A stretch of DNA of 64,000 nucleotides from Candidatus Bathyarchaeota archaeon. GTDB taxonomy: Archaea > Thermoproteota > Bathyarchaeia > Bathyarchaeales > Bathycorpusculaceae. This document shows positions 1 through 10,164 of this stretch, in pieces. Position 1 is the stretch's first letter; every line of letters starts with the position of its first letter. The notes under the pieces are model-generated. The model ran no database searches. It saw nothing but the letters and a program-made list of their open reading frames with translations, and was not told the DNA's origin. The stretch lies in contig CAVZIW010000004.1 in assembly GCA_963775465.1 (NCBI GenBank), forward strand, positions 64,001 to 128,000. Direction: 5' to 3'. A program made the position numbers and the translations under genes.

Positions 1-20
1 GCTAAAAGTCAGTCACAAAA

Positions 21-728
21 TTAGGCGATAGATAAACCGCCATAGTAACCGACGGTTCTTGCCATATTGTGGCTTGCTCTTTTTGAACTTATACAGATTT
101 TACCGATAAGTGACATCAACTGGTATGACGCTTTCAAAGCAAAGTCAATGTTATTGTTAGTTAAGAATTTGGCTTCGATGTTCAAGACCGTTCCTTGAAT
201 GTGGGCTGCTATTTGTATGGCCCCATCTTCAGTTATCCATTTTAGGATGACACCTTGACTGTTTTCGGATATGCCGAACCAGCGAAGTGAACCGAACCAT
301 TTCCCTTTCAGGTTAAGAATAAGCCGATGAGTCATGAGATCAGAAGGCAGGTAAGTTTGTATCAGTGTGGTTGTTGGGGTTTCCTTACTTGGCGAGCTAA
401 GCTTAAGCTCGGTTATTTTGGGGGTCACCCTGTAACCTTCAAGTCCTTTTTTAATTATTTCTTCCTGTTCCAATCGGCTTAGGATGCGTGAGAGCGTTTC
501 TGGATGGAGCCCAGTTCGGCGTTTTAGTCCATCAAAGGTGAAGGCAGCTAAGTCTTCTGTTTCTATTAGCGCCAAAATGTCAGCATCGCGTTCGCTAAGA
601 GAATAATCATCGGGTAGGCTTTGCCAATTAACATTGAGAACAGGAACCATTAAAATAATGAGTGTTTTCATGTCGCTTTTGAAGGTTTTGGAGCACTTTA
701 AGACAATCCATGAATTATTCCTGTCCAA
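21..728 (-). CDS. Winged-helix DNA-binding protein (archaeal hypothetical regulator); true start may be internal (ATG at 650)
   Basis: wHTH-like segment FDGLKRRTGLHPETLSRILSRLEQEEIIKK. Confidence 0.65.
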   Translation of the reverse strand: MDRNNSWIVLKCSKTFKSDMKTLIILMVPVLNVNWQSLPDDYSLSERDADILALIETEDLAAFTFDGLKRRTGLHPETLSRILSRLEQEEIIKKGLEGYRVTPKITELKLSSPSKETPTTTLIQTYLPSDLMTHRLILNLKGKWFGSLRWFGISENSQGVILKWITEDGAIQIAAHIQGTVLNIEAKFLTNNNIDFALKASYQLMSLIGKICISSKRASHNMARTVGYYGGLSIA

Positions 729-737
729 TCGGGATGA

Positions 738-803
738 TGAATTCAGAGAAGTTTTCTGAGTTAGTTTGAATGGACCCCAATGCCAGAAAACTTCTCGAAT
801 TCA
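738..803. repeat. 20-bp inverted repeat (one bulge, 25-nt loop)
   Basis: tgaattc-a-gagaagttttctg (738-758) pairs with cagaaaacttctc-gaattca (784-803). Confidence 0.8.
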
Positions 804-1102
804 ACCATATTGGCGAACAAATAGTGCCAGTCCCAATATGCAATATTCACGTTGCTACTACCACAAAAAATCGTGGTTTGACTCTTCAATACTTCTGAAC
901 AATTCGAGTCGAGGTGTCCCTAATAATGTGGTGGCTGCACAATAAAATTCGACTTTTCCCCAGAGATCTTTGCAAACTTTGAAATAGTTTTCTGCCTGAA
1001 TTGCGGATTGCATTATCAAATCATCAAACAGCCAATCGAAATTATAGTAAAATCTATGCAATCGTCTAAAATGGAGCAACATTTTAACACTTAAATGATT
1101 AA

Positions 1103-1660
1103 ATGATATCAATGAAAGAAACAGAAGTCAAGATACTCGAAGTCAATCGGGAAGAAATCGAAAAAAGACTCGTTAAACTGCATGCTAAAAAAATCTTCGA
1201 GGGTAAGATCCAAACCTTATTTTTAGACTTCAAAGATTCAGAGATAGCTAAACAAAAAAACTTGCTCCGCCTGAGAAAAAATCCGCAAAAAACTGAATTA
1301 ACCTACAAGAAAGTTAAACGCACTCAAACTTTCAAGATAGCTGAAGAATATACAGTTGAAGTTTTAGACCCAGATACTCTGCTAAAGATTTTGGAAAACT
1401 TGGGGTTAACGGTAACTAGCACGATGGATAAGTATAGGTTGAGTTACAAACTAGACAATACTCAATTCGATCTTGACAAATACACAAGTGAATACGCGTT
1501 TATCCCCGAATTTCTTGAAATCGAAGCAGAAAACATCGACAAGATCCATCAGTATGCTGGGCTATTAGGTTTCAAATCTAAAAACTGCCTACCCTGGTCT
1601 ACAAAGGAACTAATTGAACATTATTCTGAACGCAATGAAAAAACAGAAAAATCAAGATAG
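1103..1660 (+). CDS. cyaB: CYTH-domain protein (class IV adenylate cyclase / triphosphate tunnel metalloenzyme)
   Basis: N-terminal ExExK (ETEVK), LRLR, LTYK, KYR, FLEIE motifs. Confidence 0.85.
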   Translation: MISMKETEVKILEVNREEIEKRLVKLHAKKIFEGKIQTLFLDFKDSEIAKQKNLLRLRKNPQKTELTYKKVKRTQTFKIAEEYTVEVLDPDTLLKILENLGLTVTSTMDKYRLSYKLDNTQFDLDKYTSEYAFIPEFLEIEAENIDKIHQYAGLLGFKSKNCLPWSTKELIEHYSERNEKTEKSR

Positions 1661-2122
1661 CTTTGGTTTTTTGGCAGATTTTGAACTATTAGATTTTAAC
1701 GCTGCTTTGACTTTCTTGGGGGCAACTTTTCTTCTTGGTGAAGGTTTTTTTGGGGCGTTCCACGAAGGGTATTCACCATGCTCTTTCTTGAAACTTTCAA
1801 GAAGCTTTTTTTGTGTTGCTTTCGGATTATCGCTTGTCATCCAGCTAATAGCTACTTTTTCAAGATAGCCATTCTCTAGTAGCATAGAGTTGATTTTTCG
1901 GTTTTTCTTGCCACCATAACCAGAAAGATAGCCGCCTAAGACCCGTTTTGGTGGTTTTCTTGATCTTCCGATGTACAATATGTCAGAGACGGGTTTTCCA
2001 GCGAGTGTTGAGTCAACTAGAATCAGTATGCTACTTTTATCGACAGGCATAGTTGAGTATGAAAGTTCTTTTATAGGAACGAAAGCTGCAAAACCATTTT
2101 CTTTAAGAGTGATAGAATTCAT
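1652..2122 (-). CDS. Hypothetical protein with degenerate GIY-YIG-like domain and Lys-rich tail
   Basis: LYIG, KR, LLESFKKEHGEYPSWN pattern; basic C-terminus; ATG at 2122 preferred over the track start at 2179. Confidence 0.6.
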   Translation of the reverse strand: MNSITLKENGFAAFVPIKELSYSTMPVDKSSILILVDSTLAGKPVSDILYIGRSRKPPKRVLGGYLSGYGGKKNRKINSMLLENGYLEKVAISWMTSDNPKATQKKLLESFKKEHGEYPSWNAPKKPSPRRKVAPKKVKAALKSNSSKSAKKPKLS

Positions 2123-2428
2123 ATTTCTAATTAGCTGGGCGCAAAATTTAACCTTTGCTATATAAACTATTTTCAGCATATGTTCTATTTCCGATGCCTT
2201 ATGACATTTTTTCTCGAAGAAAGAAAACGGTGTTGGAATGCATTGGAAGGTTCCACTCTTTGAGCATGAAATTTTTGCTTCTCGAACTAAATGTGCCTAT
2301 GTCAGTTATTGCCCTAGGAAGCGCGAATCCTGACACAAAACATCAATAACGGTAACAAAAATTTTTTAGAATGGGTTTTGTATAAATATCCAGTCGTAAC
2401 CATTTCTACTCAAAGATAAACGATCAAA

Positions 2429-4582
2429 ATGAAATCAACTAAAACTCTGGTAAAGACTTTGTCAACTTCAAACAATTTTGATTCAGAGATAAACAATAAT
2501 AAAAACCTAGATAACCCCAGCTATTTTCTCAACAGAGAACTCAGTTGGATAAGGTTTAATGGTCGAGTCCTTGAAGAAGCGCACGATCTGTGGCATCCTC
2601 TGCTGGAAAGAGTAAAATTCATGGCCATCTGCGGCAGCAACCTTGATGAGTTTTTTATGACCCGAGTAGCTAGACTTATAAAGAAAAACAAGGTTGGCTC
2701 CAACGAAAAATCCATGGATGGGATGAGCTTCATGGAGCAGATTCAAGCTACACGCAAGGAAATAATTCCATTAATAGAAAATCTTTCAAATTGTCTGAGA
2801 AACGAACTCGTCCCAGCTTTAGCAAAAGAAAAAATCTATTTGGAGACTTTCAGAGATTTATCAAAAGAAGAAAAAGAAAGTATGCGTGATTTCCTTAAAA
2901 CAAAAATTGTTCCATCAATCAGAGTCCCCAAAGTCGGTTTTGATAGCGTATCAATTGAGAATCTACACATAACGCTTTTTATCACAGGTTTTAATAATCA
3001 ACCCAATTTTTGTATCCTTCTAGACGTGCCCACCGAAGAATTTGGAAGACTTATACCCATTCCAAAAAGTGAAAGCTATTCCGAGAAAAAATCAGTTGGA
3101 GAATACCGGTTCGTATTATTAGAAGACCTCGTAGTAAACAGCCTTGACATAATTTTTCCGACTGAACAAAATCTAATTGCATATCCATTCAGGCTGACGC
3201 GTAACGGAGAAATAGATATCCTGATGAACGAGTCCGCAGATTTCCTAAAAACAGTTCAAAAAAGTCTATCGAGCCGCAAGATCGGGTTCCCCACAAGAAT
3301 CGAATTTGACAAGAAAACCCCCAAAGCGGTTAGACAAATTATCGTTAAAAAATTAGGTTTGCCAGATTATTTGACTTACGAGTTTGACGGATTGCTCGGC
3401 CTTGTAGATCTTTGGCAGTTGCATAAATTAGATCGCTCAGATCTCAAAGACAAGAGTTTTAAGCCCTGCGTCTCACCAATGCTTACCCCCGAAAAAAACA
3501 TTTTTGAGTCTATTGCTAAACAAGACTTTGTTCTCTATCACCCTTATGATAGTTTTGAAGTCATTGTAGATCTTCTAAAAAGTGCAGGCTTGGATAGCTA
3601 TGTTTCGGAAATCTGCATCACAATGTACCGGATGGACCATAAATCACCGATTGTTGATGCGTTAATTGAGGCAGCTAACAGAGGTAAAAAAGTCACCGCA
3701 ATTGTAGAGTTGAAAGCCAAATTTGACGAGGAAAACAACATACTTCTCGTTACAAAACTACGCAATGGCAAAGTAAATGCTGTTTACAATTTCCCAAACT
3801 TTAAGGTTCATGCGAAACTATGCTTAATCGTTAGAAAAGAAAAAAACAACATTGTGAGATATTCACACATTGGCTCAGGCAATTATAATGCAGTAACTGC
3901 GAAGATATATGGAGACATAGGTTATCTCACATCCAACTTAGAAGTAGGAGTAGAACTTGAAGAACTATTCAACATAATAATTAATGGGCTTCAAGAAAAA
4001 GAAACCAAGCATCTACTTATCGCTCCAAAGACTTTAAAGAATGAAATTCTTAGGCGAATAGATAGAGAAATAAACTTTCACCAGAAAACAGGCAAAGGCT
4101 ACTTAGCTTTTAAACTAAACAATTTAGAAGAAAAAGAAATCATCCAAGCCCTCTATAAGGCGTCGATTGCAGGAATCAAAATAGATCTAAATGTTCGAGG
4201 TTTATGCTGTCTAAAACCTGGACTTAAAGGCATAAGTGAAAATATTTCCGTAATATCCATAGTAGGACGTTTCCTTGAACACGCTCGAATCTATTATTTC
4301 CGCGATGAAACTAACGGTGAAGTTCTTGTCGGAAGTTCAGATATGATGTTTAGAAACCTCAACGAAAGAATAGAAGTACTGTTATCAGTACCAGATCCTT
4401 ACTTGCGCCAAACAATTCTCCAAAACATGCTCAATATCCACCTTCATGATAACGTTAAAGCAAGAAGATTACTTTCGGACGGGACATATGAAAGGGTTCC
4501 AGTCAAGGAAGGTGAAGAAGTGATCAATTCTCAAGTCTGGCTAATCCAGAACAGAGGAATTTGGAATGAACGCCCAAAATAG
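2429..4582 (+). CDS. ppk1: Polyphosphate kinase 1
   Basis: NRELSW..FN.RVLEEA, SNLDEFFM.RVA, ELKAKFDEENN, KVHAK, VGRFLEH.RI motifs. Confidence 0.97.
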   Translation: MKSTKTLVKTLSTSNNFDSEINNNKNLDNPSYFLNRELSWIRFNGRVLEEAHDLWHPLLERVKFMAICGSNLDEFFMTRVARLIKKNKVGSNEKSMDGMSFMEQIQATRKEIIPLIENLSNCLRNELVPALAKEKIYLETFRDLSKEEKESMRDFLKTKIVPSIRVPKVGFDSVSIENLHITLFITGFNNQPNFCILLDVPTEEFGRLIPIPKSESYSEKKSVGEYRFVLLEDLVVNSLDIIFPTEQNLIAYPFRLTRNGEIDILMNESADFLKTVQKSLSSRKIGFPTRIEFDKKTPKAVRQIIVKKLGLPDYLTYEFDGLLGLVDLWQLHKLDRSDLKDKSFKPCVSPMLTPEKNIFESIAKQDFVLYHPYDSFEVIVDLLKSAGLDSYVSEICITMYRMDHKSPIVDALIEAANRGKKVTAIVELKAKFDEENNILLVTKLRNGKVNAVYNFPNFKVHAKLCLIVRKEKNNIVRYSHIGSGNYNAVTAKIYGDIGYLTSNLEVGVELEELFNIIINGLQEKETKHLLIAPKTLKNEILRRIDREINFHQKTGKGYLAFKLNNLEEKEIIQALYKASIAGIKIDLNVRGLCCLKPGLKGISENISVISIVGRFLEHARIYYFRDETNGEVLVGSSDMMFRNLNERIEVLLSVPDPYLRQTILQNMLNIHLHDNVKARRLLSDGTYERVPVKEGEEVINSQVWLIQNRGIWNERPK

Positions 4583-6923
4583 TGCTGAAGCAAATCAAAA
4601 TGACTCAGGTTACTGCAAATTTGGGGCTGAAGTACTGTTGAACCTCTTAAATGTTTTTAGAAAACAAATTGATGGAGCTGTAAAAAACGAAGGCCCAGAG
4701 TATGTACATAAAACTCGCGTAATCTCTCGCAGAATAAGAGCCACTATGCCTCTTTTTAATGCTTGCTTTCAACCGAAAGACTTCAAGGTGTGGCTACGGG
4801 AAATCAAAAAAGTAACGCGCCTTCTTGGTGAGGCAAGAGACCTTGATGTTCAAATAGAGTTTATGGAAAAGTATATGGAAAAAATAGAATCTGCCGAGGA
4901 AAAAGAAGGGCTAGCTCCACTATTAAAGGCTCAAAGAGCAAGAAGAAAAAAAATCCAAGCATTTGTCGTAAATGAATTGGAAGAACCCAAAACAATCAAA
5001 GTTTTAGATAATCTCCAACTGTTTTGTGAAAGAAACGTCAAGGAGCAATTAATCACAGCGTATAATCCACAAATTGTTCTAAAAAAAGCCCGCTGGCACA
5101 TTTTCTTCAGACTAGACGATTTCTTGCAAATGGAAAATTACGTCCACATCGAAAAAGAGGCCCAAAAGCATCATGAAATGAGAATATATGCAAAGAAACT
5201 CCGCTATATAATGCAGACTTTTGCATCATTATATCAGAACAAACTCAGCCAAGAAATAGAAACTATCAAAGTCTTTCAAGACATCTTGGGTGAAATACAC
5301 GACTGCGAAGTTTGGATCGAATACATTCCTAAATTCGTTCAAGAAACAAACGTCAAAAACAAACTTAAACAAAATAGAAAAAAAATCAACAAAACAAACC
5401 AACCAATATTAAACTTCCTTGATTTTGTCAAAGAAAAAAGAAAAGAAAAATACAGACAATTTGTCTGCTTATGGGATGAAAATAAAAAGAAAAAATTCTT
5501 TACAAATCTCAGAAGAACTATCAATTCAGAAGTTGCCGCAAATGATAAAGAAAAAATAAGTCGAATTATCGAAAAACCACATGTTAAGATTGCAGTCTTA
5601 TCCGACATCCATGCCAACTTACATGCATTAAAGAGTGTAATTCAAGATGCCGAAACTCGCGGAGCTGAAGTCTTTATAAACGCTGGAGACTCAATAGGCT
5701 TTGGTCCTTGCCCCAATGAAGTTATCAAACTCTTATGTGAAAAAGACATCTTAAGCATTTTGGGGAATTACGATCTTGAGGTTATGGAGGGCAAAGTCAA
5801 AGCTAAAACTGAGAAAAATCTTTCTTTAAGATTTGCAAGAAGAGAATTGACAAAGTCCGCAGAATTGTATCTTTATTCCTTGCCGCGTGAACTTAGAATC
5901 GAAATGTTAGGCAAGAAAATTCTTGTTACACATGGTAGCCCTGAGTCTATTGAAGAGCACATTCGTATGGATACTCCAATTGAAAGACTCAAAGTATTAT
6001 CAGATTCGGGAAAAGCTGATGTGATTATTACGGGTCATTCCCATGAACAGTCTTGGCGACAGGTAAACAATACCTGTTTTATTAACCCTGGAAGCATAGG
6101 GAGACCAAACGATGGAAATCCTAAGGCAGGTTACGCAATTCTTAGTTTTAACCCTTTGAAAGTTGAACTAGCCCGAGTAAACTACGATGTTGAAGCTGCC
6201 GCAGATGCACTAAGAAAAAAGGGTTTACCTGAGAGTTTTGCTCAAATGCTATTATGCGGCGTTTCTATTGACACCATTATCAAAAAAGACCAAAACAAAG
6301 AAAATGATACTGTACAAAACTGCAAGAGAATGACGAAAGTCTCAAGAGAAATTTCGAAGAAATATTGGACTGACATTGACCACGCCGAAAAAGTCGGGAA
6401 GCTTGCTTTAGATCTTTTTGATGGCTTGATAAAATTACATAAGCTAGGTATTCATGAAAGATGTTGGCTCGAATGCGCAGCTTTCCTACATGATGTTGGT
6501 CTATCGAAAGCTCAAAAAAATCATCATAAAAAATCAGCACAGATAATCCTAAACGATATTGAGTTACCTTTCACATCTGAGGATAGACGGATAATAGCAA
6601 ACATTGCACGATACCACCGCAAAGCATTACCAAAAAAGAAACATTATAACCTTGCAACTTTAAACACGAAGACTCTTCAAAAAATAAAGATTCTAGCGAG
6701 CCTACTTCGAATAGCAGATAGTCTAGATTATACTCATCAATCAATAGTTGCTGAAATAATAATCAATATTGGAAACAAAAGAGCAACTATTGAATATCTT
6801 TCCAAAATAAAACCGACCTTAGAAGAACAGGCTTTTAACAAGAAGAAGAATTTGTTTGAAAAGGTCTTCAAAAAGAAAGTGGGACTGGTATGGAATCAAC
6901 AGTTAAAACCGCTGGACATGTAG
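4566..6923 (+). CDS. CHAD + YfcE-type metallophosphoesterase + Ppx-like HD domain fusion
   Basis: CHAD (VHKTRV..RR, LGEARDLDV, HEMRI..KKLRY, QDILGEIHD); MPE (SDIHAN, GD, GNYD, HGSP, GHSH, NPGSIG); HD (LHDVG, IARYHRK, LRIADSLD). Confidence 0.9.
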   Translation: MNAQNSAEANQNDSGYCKFGAEVLLNLLNVFRKQIDGAVKNEGPEYVHKTRVISRRIRATMPLFNACFQPKDFKVWLREIKKVTRLLGEARDLDVQIEFMEKYMEKIESAEEKEGLAPLLKAQRARRKKIQAFVVNELEEPKTIKVLDNLQLFCERNVKEQLITAYNPQIVLKKARWHIFFRLDDFLQMENYVHIEKEAQKHHEMRIYAKKLRYIMQTFASLYQNKLSQEIETIKVFQDILGEIHDCEVWIEYIPKFVQETNVKNKLKQNRKKINKTNQPILNFLDFVKEKRKEKYRQFVCLWDENKKKKFFTNLRRTINSEVAANDKEKISRIIEKPHVKIAVLSDIHANLHALKSVIQDAETRGAEVFINAGDSIGFGPCPNEVIKLLCEKDILSILGNYDLEVMEGKVKAKTEKNLSLRFARRELTKSAELYLYSLPRELRIEMLGKKILVTHGSPESIEEHIRMDTPIERLKVLSDSGKADVIITGHSHEQSWRQVNNTCFINPGSIGRPNDGNPKAGYAILSFNPLKVELARVNYDVEAAADALRKKGLPESFAQMLLCGVSIDTIIKKDQNKENDTVQNCKRMTKVSREISKKYWTDIDHAEKVGKLALDLFDGLIKLHKLGIHERCWLECAAFLHDVGLSKAQKNHHKKSAQIILNDIELPFTSEDRRIIANIARYHRKALPKKKHYNLATLNTKTLQKIKILASLLRIADSLDYTHQSIVAEIIINIGNKRATIEYLSKIKPTLEEQAFNKKKNLFEKVFKKKVGLVWNQQLKPLDM

Positions 6924-8476
6924 TTGGCTTTGTTGACATTGGGACGAACGCAATTCGTCTATTAGTGGTAAGAATAAATCCCAATTTTTCTTATAACATC
7001 ATCAGTCAAGAAAAAGAAGTAGTTAGACTAGGAGAAAACGAGTTCAAGGATAATGTGCTCAAACCCCAGGCAATGGAACGCGCAATTTTTGTATGTGGAA
7101 AATTTGCAAACTTAGCCAAAACCTATGGAGCATCTGAAATAATAGCCGTTGGAACCTCAGCAATTCGAGAAGCAGAAAACCAATGCGAGTTTCTTGATAA
7201 CTTACATAATGAAACTGGACTCAATGTTAAGGTTATTTCAGGTCAAGAAGAAGCTCGCTTAATTTGCAAAGGTGTTGCTAGCGGAATAGATATTGGTGAA
7301 GAAAAAGCAATTTTTATAGATTTAGGTGGAGGAAGCGTTGAAATTGCTATAGGTGATCAGCATGAATGCTTCTCCGTGGACAGCCTCAAGTTGGGTGCGA
7401 TAAGGTTAACAACGAAATTCATCGGCGAGGGCTGGACTGGTCCAGTTGAAACATCTGTTTATAAACAAATTAAACAATATGCCGATAAACGAATTCTGCC
7501 CCTAAAAGGAAAAGTTCGAGAGTTTGGCGCTAGACGTGCATGGGGGTCATCAGGCACAATTATTAACTTATCAGAAATCGCTAACAAACTATTCAAGAAA
7601 AATGGCAATGAGAGGCGTCTAACTATTTCCAGAAAGAACCTGAAAAAAACAGCGTCTATTCTCTGCTCGCTACCCCTTGAAGAGAGGAAGAAGCTACCAG
7701 CCATAAATCCCGATAGAGCAGACATAATAATCGCCGGAGCGGCCACTATCGAAGTGATAATGCAAGAGTTCGGTATAGAGGAAATCTGTGTTAGTCACCG
7801 AGAACTTAGAGATGGATTGCTAGTTGACTATCTTTCGAATTTTGAAGGGTTTAGAGAGCTTCAAAAGGAGCCAGTGAGAAATAGGAGCGTTCTACATTTA
7901 GGCAGGTCCTGCAGCTTTGATGAGAACCACTCGGAAACTGTGACTTCATTGGCGATTCAACTTTTTGAGAGCGCAAAAAAAATTGGGCTGCACACCCTAG
8001 GCGAAAACGAAAAAGAACTCTTAAAATATGCCGCAACTTTGCATGATGTTGGCGATTTTATCTCATTTAACAATCACCATCTACATTCACACTATATTAT
8101 AAGCAACACAGAGCTTTTCGGCTTTGACAAAAGAGAAATTCAAATTATTGCCAACATAGCACGCTTTCATCGGAAAAAAAGACCGTCTAAAAAAGCATTA
8201 AAAACAATTGGATTGGACGAAAAAGCAAAAAGAATAATTTCGATTCTTTCGACGTTTTTGCGTTTAGCAGAGAAGCTAGATCGAAGTCACAGTTGCCTCG
8301 TGAAAAAGGCCGAATTTTCAGATATGAATAAAGACCAAGTTCTTCTTTTGTTTTACTCAGATACAGATTGTAGTTTAGAGCAATGGAGTATTATTCAAAA
8401 TCGGCAAGCATTTTACGAAACCTTCGGAAAAAAACTGGACGCTCAATGCATAGTCGCTCCAGAACCTAATCAGTAA
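6890..8476 (+). CDS. ppx: Ppx/GppA exopolyphosphatase with C-terminal HD domain
   Basis: DIGTNAIRL, TSAIREA.N, SGQEEARL, DLGGGSVE, RADII, LRDGLL, LHDVG. Confidence 0.95.
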   Translation: MESTVKTAGHVVGFVDIGTNAIRLLVVRINPNFSYNIISQEKEVVRLGENEFKDNVLKPQAMERAIFVCGKFANLAKTYGASEIIAVGTSAIREAENQCEFLDNLHNETGLNVKVISGQEEARLICKGVASGIDIGEEKAIFIDLGGGSVEIAIGDQHECFSVDSLKLGAIRLTTKFIGEGWTGPVETSVYKQIKQYADKRILPLKGKVREFGARRAWGSSGTIINLSEIANKLFKKNGNERRLTISRKNLKKTASILCSLPLEERKKLPAINPDRADIIIAGAATIEVIMQEFGIEEICVSHRELRDGLLVDYLSNFEGFRELQKEPVRNRSVLHLGRSCSFDENHSETVTSLAIQLFESAKKIGLHTLGENEKELLKYAATLHDVGDFISFNNHHLHSHYIISNTELFGFDKREIQIIANIARFHRKKRPSKKALKTIGLDEKAKRIISILSTFLRLAEKLDRSHSCLVKKAEFSDMNKDQVLLLFYSDTDCSLEQWSIIQNRQAFYETFGKKLDAQCIVAPEPNQ

Positions 8477-8486
8477 CATCGTAAAG

Positions 8487-9392
8487 TTATTGTTCCTCTA
8501 ATTCGCCTCTTGCTTTCTTCAGGGCTCGGTACTGCTCTTTGCTTAGAACAGGATACTTCAGATCTAGCTTTTTTATATGCGCGAGCAAAACTTCGGAGAT
8601 CGCCGCATGAGTAACCCATTTCCTGTCTGCTGGAATTACATACCATTGCGCCCATTCTGTGTTGGTTTTATCAAGCACATCCTGATAAGCTTCCATATAT
8701 TCATTCCATTTAGAACGTTCAGAAAGGTCGGTAAGCGAAAACTTCCACTCTTTATCAGGATTGCAAAGTCGATCAAGCAAACGCTGTTTTTGTTTCTTCT
8801 TTGATACATTAAGAAAGAACTTCAAGACTATGGTACCGCTCCGAACTAAATGACGTTCAAACATGTTTATGTCTTCATAACGTTGATCCCAGAAGACGAT
8901 GCCATTTTTGGAGGGCAACTGCTGTTTCTTCAGAAATTCTGGGCGAACTTTAACAATCAATACATCCTCATAGTATGAACGGTTAAAAATTCCAATACGC
9001 CCCCTTTCAGGAAGAGCTTTAGAATGTCGCCACAGAAAATCGTGATCTAATTCCTCTGCAGAAGGGGTTTTAAAACTGGTTACTTGGCAACCTTGTGGGT
9101 TAATTCCGGACAATACATGCCTAATTGTGCTGTCCTTTCCAGCCGCATCCATTCCTTGAAGGATAAGTAACATAGAGTATGTGTCGCTTGCCCAAAACAA
9201 CTCTTGCAACTCAGCCAACTTTTTTCTGTTATTTTCCAAAAGCGCCAAAGCCTGCTTTTTTACTTGTTTTTTTCCGGCTTTATCCTGCCCTTTTTGAGCC
9301 CATTTTGGAACCCAATCTGAATCATAAATCTTCAAATCAATTTTTTTGCCAATTGGTACTTTGAAAGTCTCTATGTCGATGGACAACTTCAA
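8487..9392 (-). CDS. ppk2: Polyphosphate kinase 2 family (class III-like polyP:nucleotide phosphotransferase)
   Basis: QGMDAAGKD, FKTPSAEELDHDFLWR, FNRSYYEDV, KFFLNVS, WYVIPADRKW. Confidence 0.93.
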   Translation of the reverse strand: MKLSIDIETFKVPIGKKIDLKIYDSDWVPKWAQKGQDKAGKKQVKKQALALLENNRKKLAELQELFWASDTYSMLLILQGMDAAGKDSTIRHVLSGINPQGCQVTSFKTPSAEELDHDFLWRHSKALPERGRIGIFNRSYYEDVLIVKVRPEFLKKQQLPSKNGIVFWDQRYEDINMFERHLVRSGTIVLKFFLNVSKKKQKQRLLDRLCNPDKEWKFSLTDLSERSKWNEYMEAYQDVLDKTNTEWAQWYVIPADRKWVTHAAISEVLLAHIKKLDLKYPVLSKEQYRALKKARGELEEQ

Positions 9393-9510
9393 ACCTTCAA
9401 TACGGGATTACGTTTCGGTTCCTAATATCAACAACGGTTTTGATAGCAGAGTCAAAAATCAGAATAAATCTGAGAGGGTAAAAAATAATGGTGTTTTTTG
9501 ACTTCAGGGT

Positions 9511-10155
9511 TTATCCGAGGTTCACTTTTTCACCCGTGACAATGTACACAACTGACTCACAAACATAAACGGCATGGTCAGCAATCCGTTCAAAATACCT
9601 CGTGATTAAAGCGCTTGATATAACGCACTTACGATTTGGTGTCTCCGTATTGATTAGCTTGTGAAGGTAATCAAAGTACATTTTATCAATTTCTCGTTCA
9701 GTTTGAGAGATAGTTCTTGCGAGGATTACATCCTGTTTTTTGAGTGATGCCACACTTATTTTAACCATTGAAAGAACTTTTTCGCTCATTTCATTAAGGT
9801 AGTCACAAGTCCAAGCCTCACATTCTTTTAGACCGTTTAGCTGGTCGCTTATTAACGAAATGTCTAGAGCGTATCTACCATACCTGGCAAAGTCATTACC
9901 GATTTTCATATGCGACTTTATGGTTCTAAGGTCTGTGGCGACAGGTTGGAAACGTGCAATTAATTGGAAAGTCTCATCTTCTATTTTATTGGCCATAGAA
10001 ACAAGAATGTCAGACATTTCCTTTACTTGCTCATAAACACTTTTTCCTTCAAGGTAGCCATGGATAGATAAGGCAAGAGCTTCATAGGTTAGCTCGCCCA
10101 TCCTAACGATTAGGACTGACTGTTCCTCTAAACCGCTGTCTATTATTCTACTCAT
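9511..10155 (-). CDS. phoU: Phosphate signalling protein PhoU
   Basis: IARFQPVATDLR, ERIADHA; downstream of pstB. Confidence 0.92.
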   Translation of the reverse strand: MSRIIDSGLEEQSVLIVRMGELTYEALALSIHGYLEGKSVYEQVKEMSDILVSMANKIEDETFQLIARFQPVATDLRTIKSHMKIGNDFARYGRYALDISLISDQLNGLKECEAWTCDYLNEMSEKVLSMVKISVASLKKQDVILARTISQTEREIDKMYFDYLHKLINTETPNRKCVISSALITRYFERIADHAVYVCESVVYIVTGEKVNLG

Positions 10156-10164
10156 ACTTATTCC

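Noticed and set aside
858-1112. 84-aa minus-strand ORF
   Set aside because: No motif, overlaps the CYTH start region; probably spurious
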